A DNA stretch of 24,270 bases from Acidimicrobiaceae bacterium (lineage in GTDB: Bacteria; Actinomycetota; Acidimicrobiia; Acidimicrobiales; JACDCH01). Numbering within the stretch: position 1 is the first letter of the stretch; each line of letters begins with the position of its first letter. This document shows, piece after piece, positions 22,967-24,270 of the stretch. The notes under the pieces were generated by a model. It was given only the letters and a program-made list of their open reading frames with translations. It did no database searches and was not told the DNA's origin. The stretch spans positions 1 to 24,270 of the forward strand of contig JBEEGB010000447.1 of the NCBI GenBank assembly GCA_041166585.1, given 5' to 3'. Both the position numbers and the translations under genes were made by a program.

Positions 22967-24215
22967 GCTTGCGCTGCGGAGGCGGCGGGCCCTCGAAGCG
23001 GTTCGCCGCGTACGTGTGCCAGGCCTCGAACGTGTCGGCGAGCTTGTCGACGTCGAGCTGTTCCGCCAGCGCGTAGCCGTTGTCGACGAGCGTCCGGCGG
23101 AGCGAGGGGTCGTCGTGCAGCTTGGTCACGGCGCGGGCCAGGTCCGCGGCGTCGCCTTCCTCGAAGCGCACGCACGTGACGCCGTCCTCCAGGAACTCAG
23201 CGGACCCGCCCCGTGCGGTGGCGACGACGGGCGTGCCGCACGCCATCGCCTCGATGGGCACGAGCCCGAACGGCTCGTCCCACTCGCTGGGGAACACGAA
23301 CACGTCGGCCGCGGCGTACACCGGCGGCAGGTCATGGCGGTCGACCTCGCGGATGGTGACGCGGTCCTCCACTCCCACCGCCTGCGCCAGCGCGGCGAGC
23401 GTGTCCCGCTCCGACGCTGGGCCCCGGCCGTAGCACGCGAGCGTGGCTTCGGGCAGGTGGACGAGGGCCCGGATCGCGGTCTGTGCGCCCTTGCGCGGAT
23501 CCCACCGCCCGACGAAGAGCAGCCGCCACGACCACGGACGTGGCGATGGTGACGGCGCGGGCTCGGGCGCGAACACCGAGCGATCGATGCCGCTGTAGAC
23601 GACGGTCTCGCGGCCGAACGTGAAGCGCGACAGCTCGTGCGAGCGGCGCTGCGTGAGGTCGCTCACGAACAGCCACCCGCCGTGCTCGCCGAGCTGGGGC
23701 ACTCGCGTGGGCACGCGGGTGACGGCGCTGACCAAGCGGCCGGCGGCGTGTCGCAGCGGTCCCGAGCGGAACAGGTCCGACCAGGTGTCGAGCACCTCGC
23801 CGTAGCTGAGCCAGTCATCGCACACCGCGAACACGAGCGGGATGTCGTGGTCGATGAGCGTGGTGAGCAGCCCGAGCGACAGGGCGGCCATGTGCCACAC
23901 GGACACAACTTCGGGACGGTGCTCCTGCAGGACGGCTTCGAGGGCCGCTTGGTTGTGCCGCTCGATGGCGAGACGTTCCTTGATCGGCGGCCGCCAGAGA
24001 TCGCCGTCACGGTGGTAGAGGCGCAGCGCGCGGGTGACCCGCGCTTCGTGCTCCGGGTCGGCCGGCGACGCTCCGGCTCTGCGCTCGTCGCTGCACAGCA
24101 CCCGCACCTCGTGCCCGCGCGCCACGAGCCGCGTCATCACGTCGAAGCAGGACAGCTCGTAGCCCCCGGTGTGGTGGGGCGGGTACCAGTTGGTGAGCGC
24201 GAGGACCCGAGTCAC
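22956..24215 (-). CDS. Glycosyltransferase family 4 (GT-B)
   Basis: N-terminal LTNWYPPHHTGGYE, LLFVGRWDPRKG, and DVFVFPSEWDEPFGLVPIEAMACGTPVV (EX7E). Convergent 11-nt overlap with the GH43 gene. Confidence 0.94.
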   Translation of the reverse strand: MTRVLALTNWYPPHHTGGYELSCFDVMTRLVARGHEVRVLCSDERRAGASPADPEHEARVTRALRLYHRDGDLWRPPIKERLAIERHNQAALEAVLQEHRPEVVSVWHMAALSLGLLTTLIDHDIPLVFAVCDDWLSYGEVLDTWSDLFRSGPLRHAAGRLVSAVTRVPTRVPQLGEHGGWLFVSDLTQRRSHELSRFTFGRETVVYSGIDRSVFAPEPAPSPSPRPWSWRLLFVGRWDPRKGAQTAIRALVHLPEATLACYGRGPASERDTLAALAQAVGVEDRVTIREVDRHDLPPVYAAADVFVFPSEWDEPFGLVPIEAMACGTPVVATARGGSAEFLEDGVTCVRFEEGDAADLARAVTKLHDDPSLRRTLVDNGYALAEQLDVDKLADTFEAWHTYAANRFEGPPPPQRKLRA

Positions 24216-24270
24216 GGCGCGACCACTATCGCAGGCAGCGTCCGATCAGCACGCGGCCGACTGTTGTTGT

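Noticed and set aside
24216-24270. Possible promoter or gene start at the right edge
   Set aside because: Too little sequence. No clear TANNNT at leaderless spacing and no assignable ORF.
1-24270. rRNA, tRNA, IS/transposase, integrase or CRISPR array
   Set aside because: None recognised. Intergenic gaps are all about 110 nt or shorter, and no repeat-spacer pattern or terminal inverted repeats were seen.

Overview
High-GC actinobacterial DNA. Acidimicrobiia-like is my inference, from the SLH-domain protein and the TilS N-terminus. Left (1-7241): the conserved minus-strand block DUF2342 metalloprotease - tilS - hpt - ftsH - folE, interrupted by two orphan receiver-domain genes and an oppositely oriented SDR. 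Next (7270-8320): an unannotated 44-aa membrane smORF and a sigH/sigR-rsrA pair. Centre (8331-15143), the most interesting part: a compact type VII secretion (T7SS)-like locus. It has a ~1414-aa ubiquitin-like/FHA/TM/triple-FtsK ATPase (EccC/EssC-like), two overlapping WXG100-like genes, a coupled atypical Ser/Thr kinase, and a divergent DUF1023-type alpha/beta hydrolase with an N-terminal helical FxxxD segment. Two AT-rich islets with ~10-bp-phased GAAA repeats sit in this locus. No eccB/D/E, mycP or essA/essB/esaA gene is visible in the window. Then a CBM48-like protein and an amidohydrolase. Right (16785-21068): a four-gene circularly permuted ATP-grasp / alpha-E / transglutaminase / Zn-peptidase operon with a (QS)4 tail on the ligase and a GlnR-like box upstream. 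The window ends with a secreted GH43-SLH protein and a GT4 glycosyltransferase. I saw no rRNA, tRNA, IS element or CRISPR array. All family calls come from reading motifs by eye; no database search was run.
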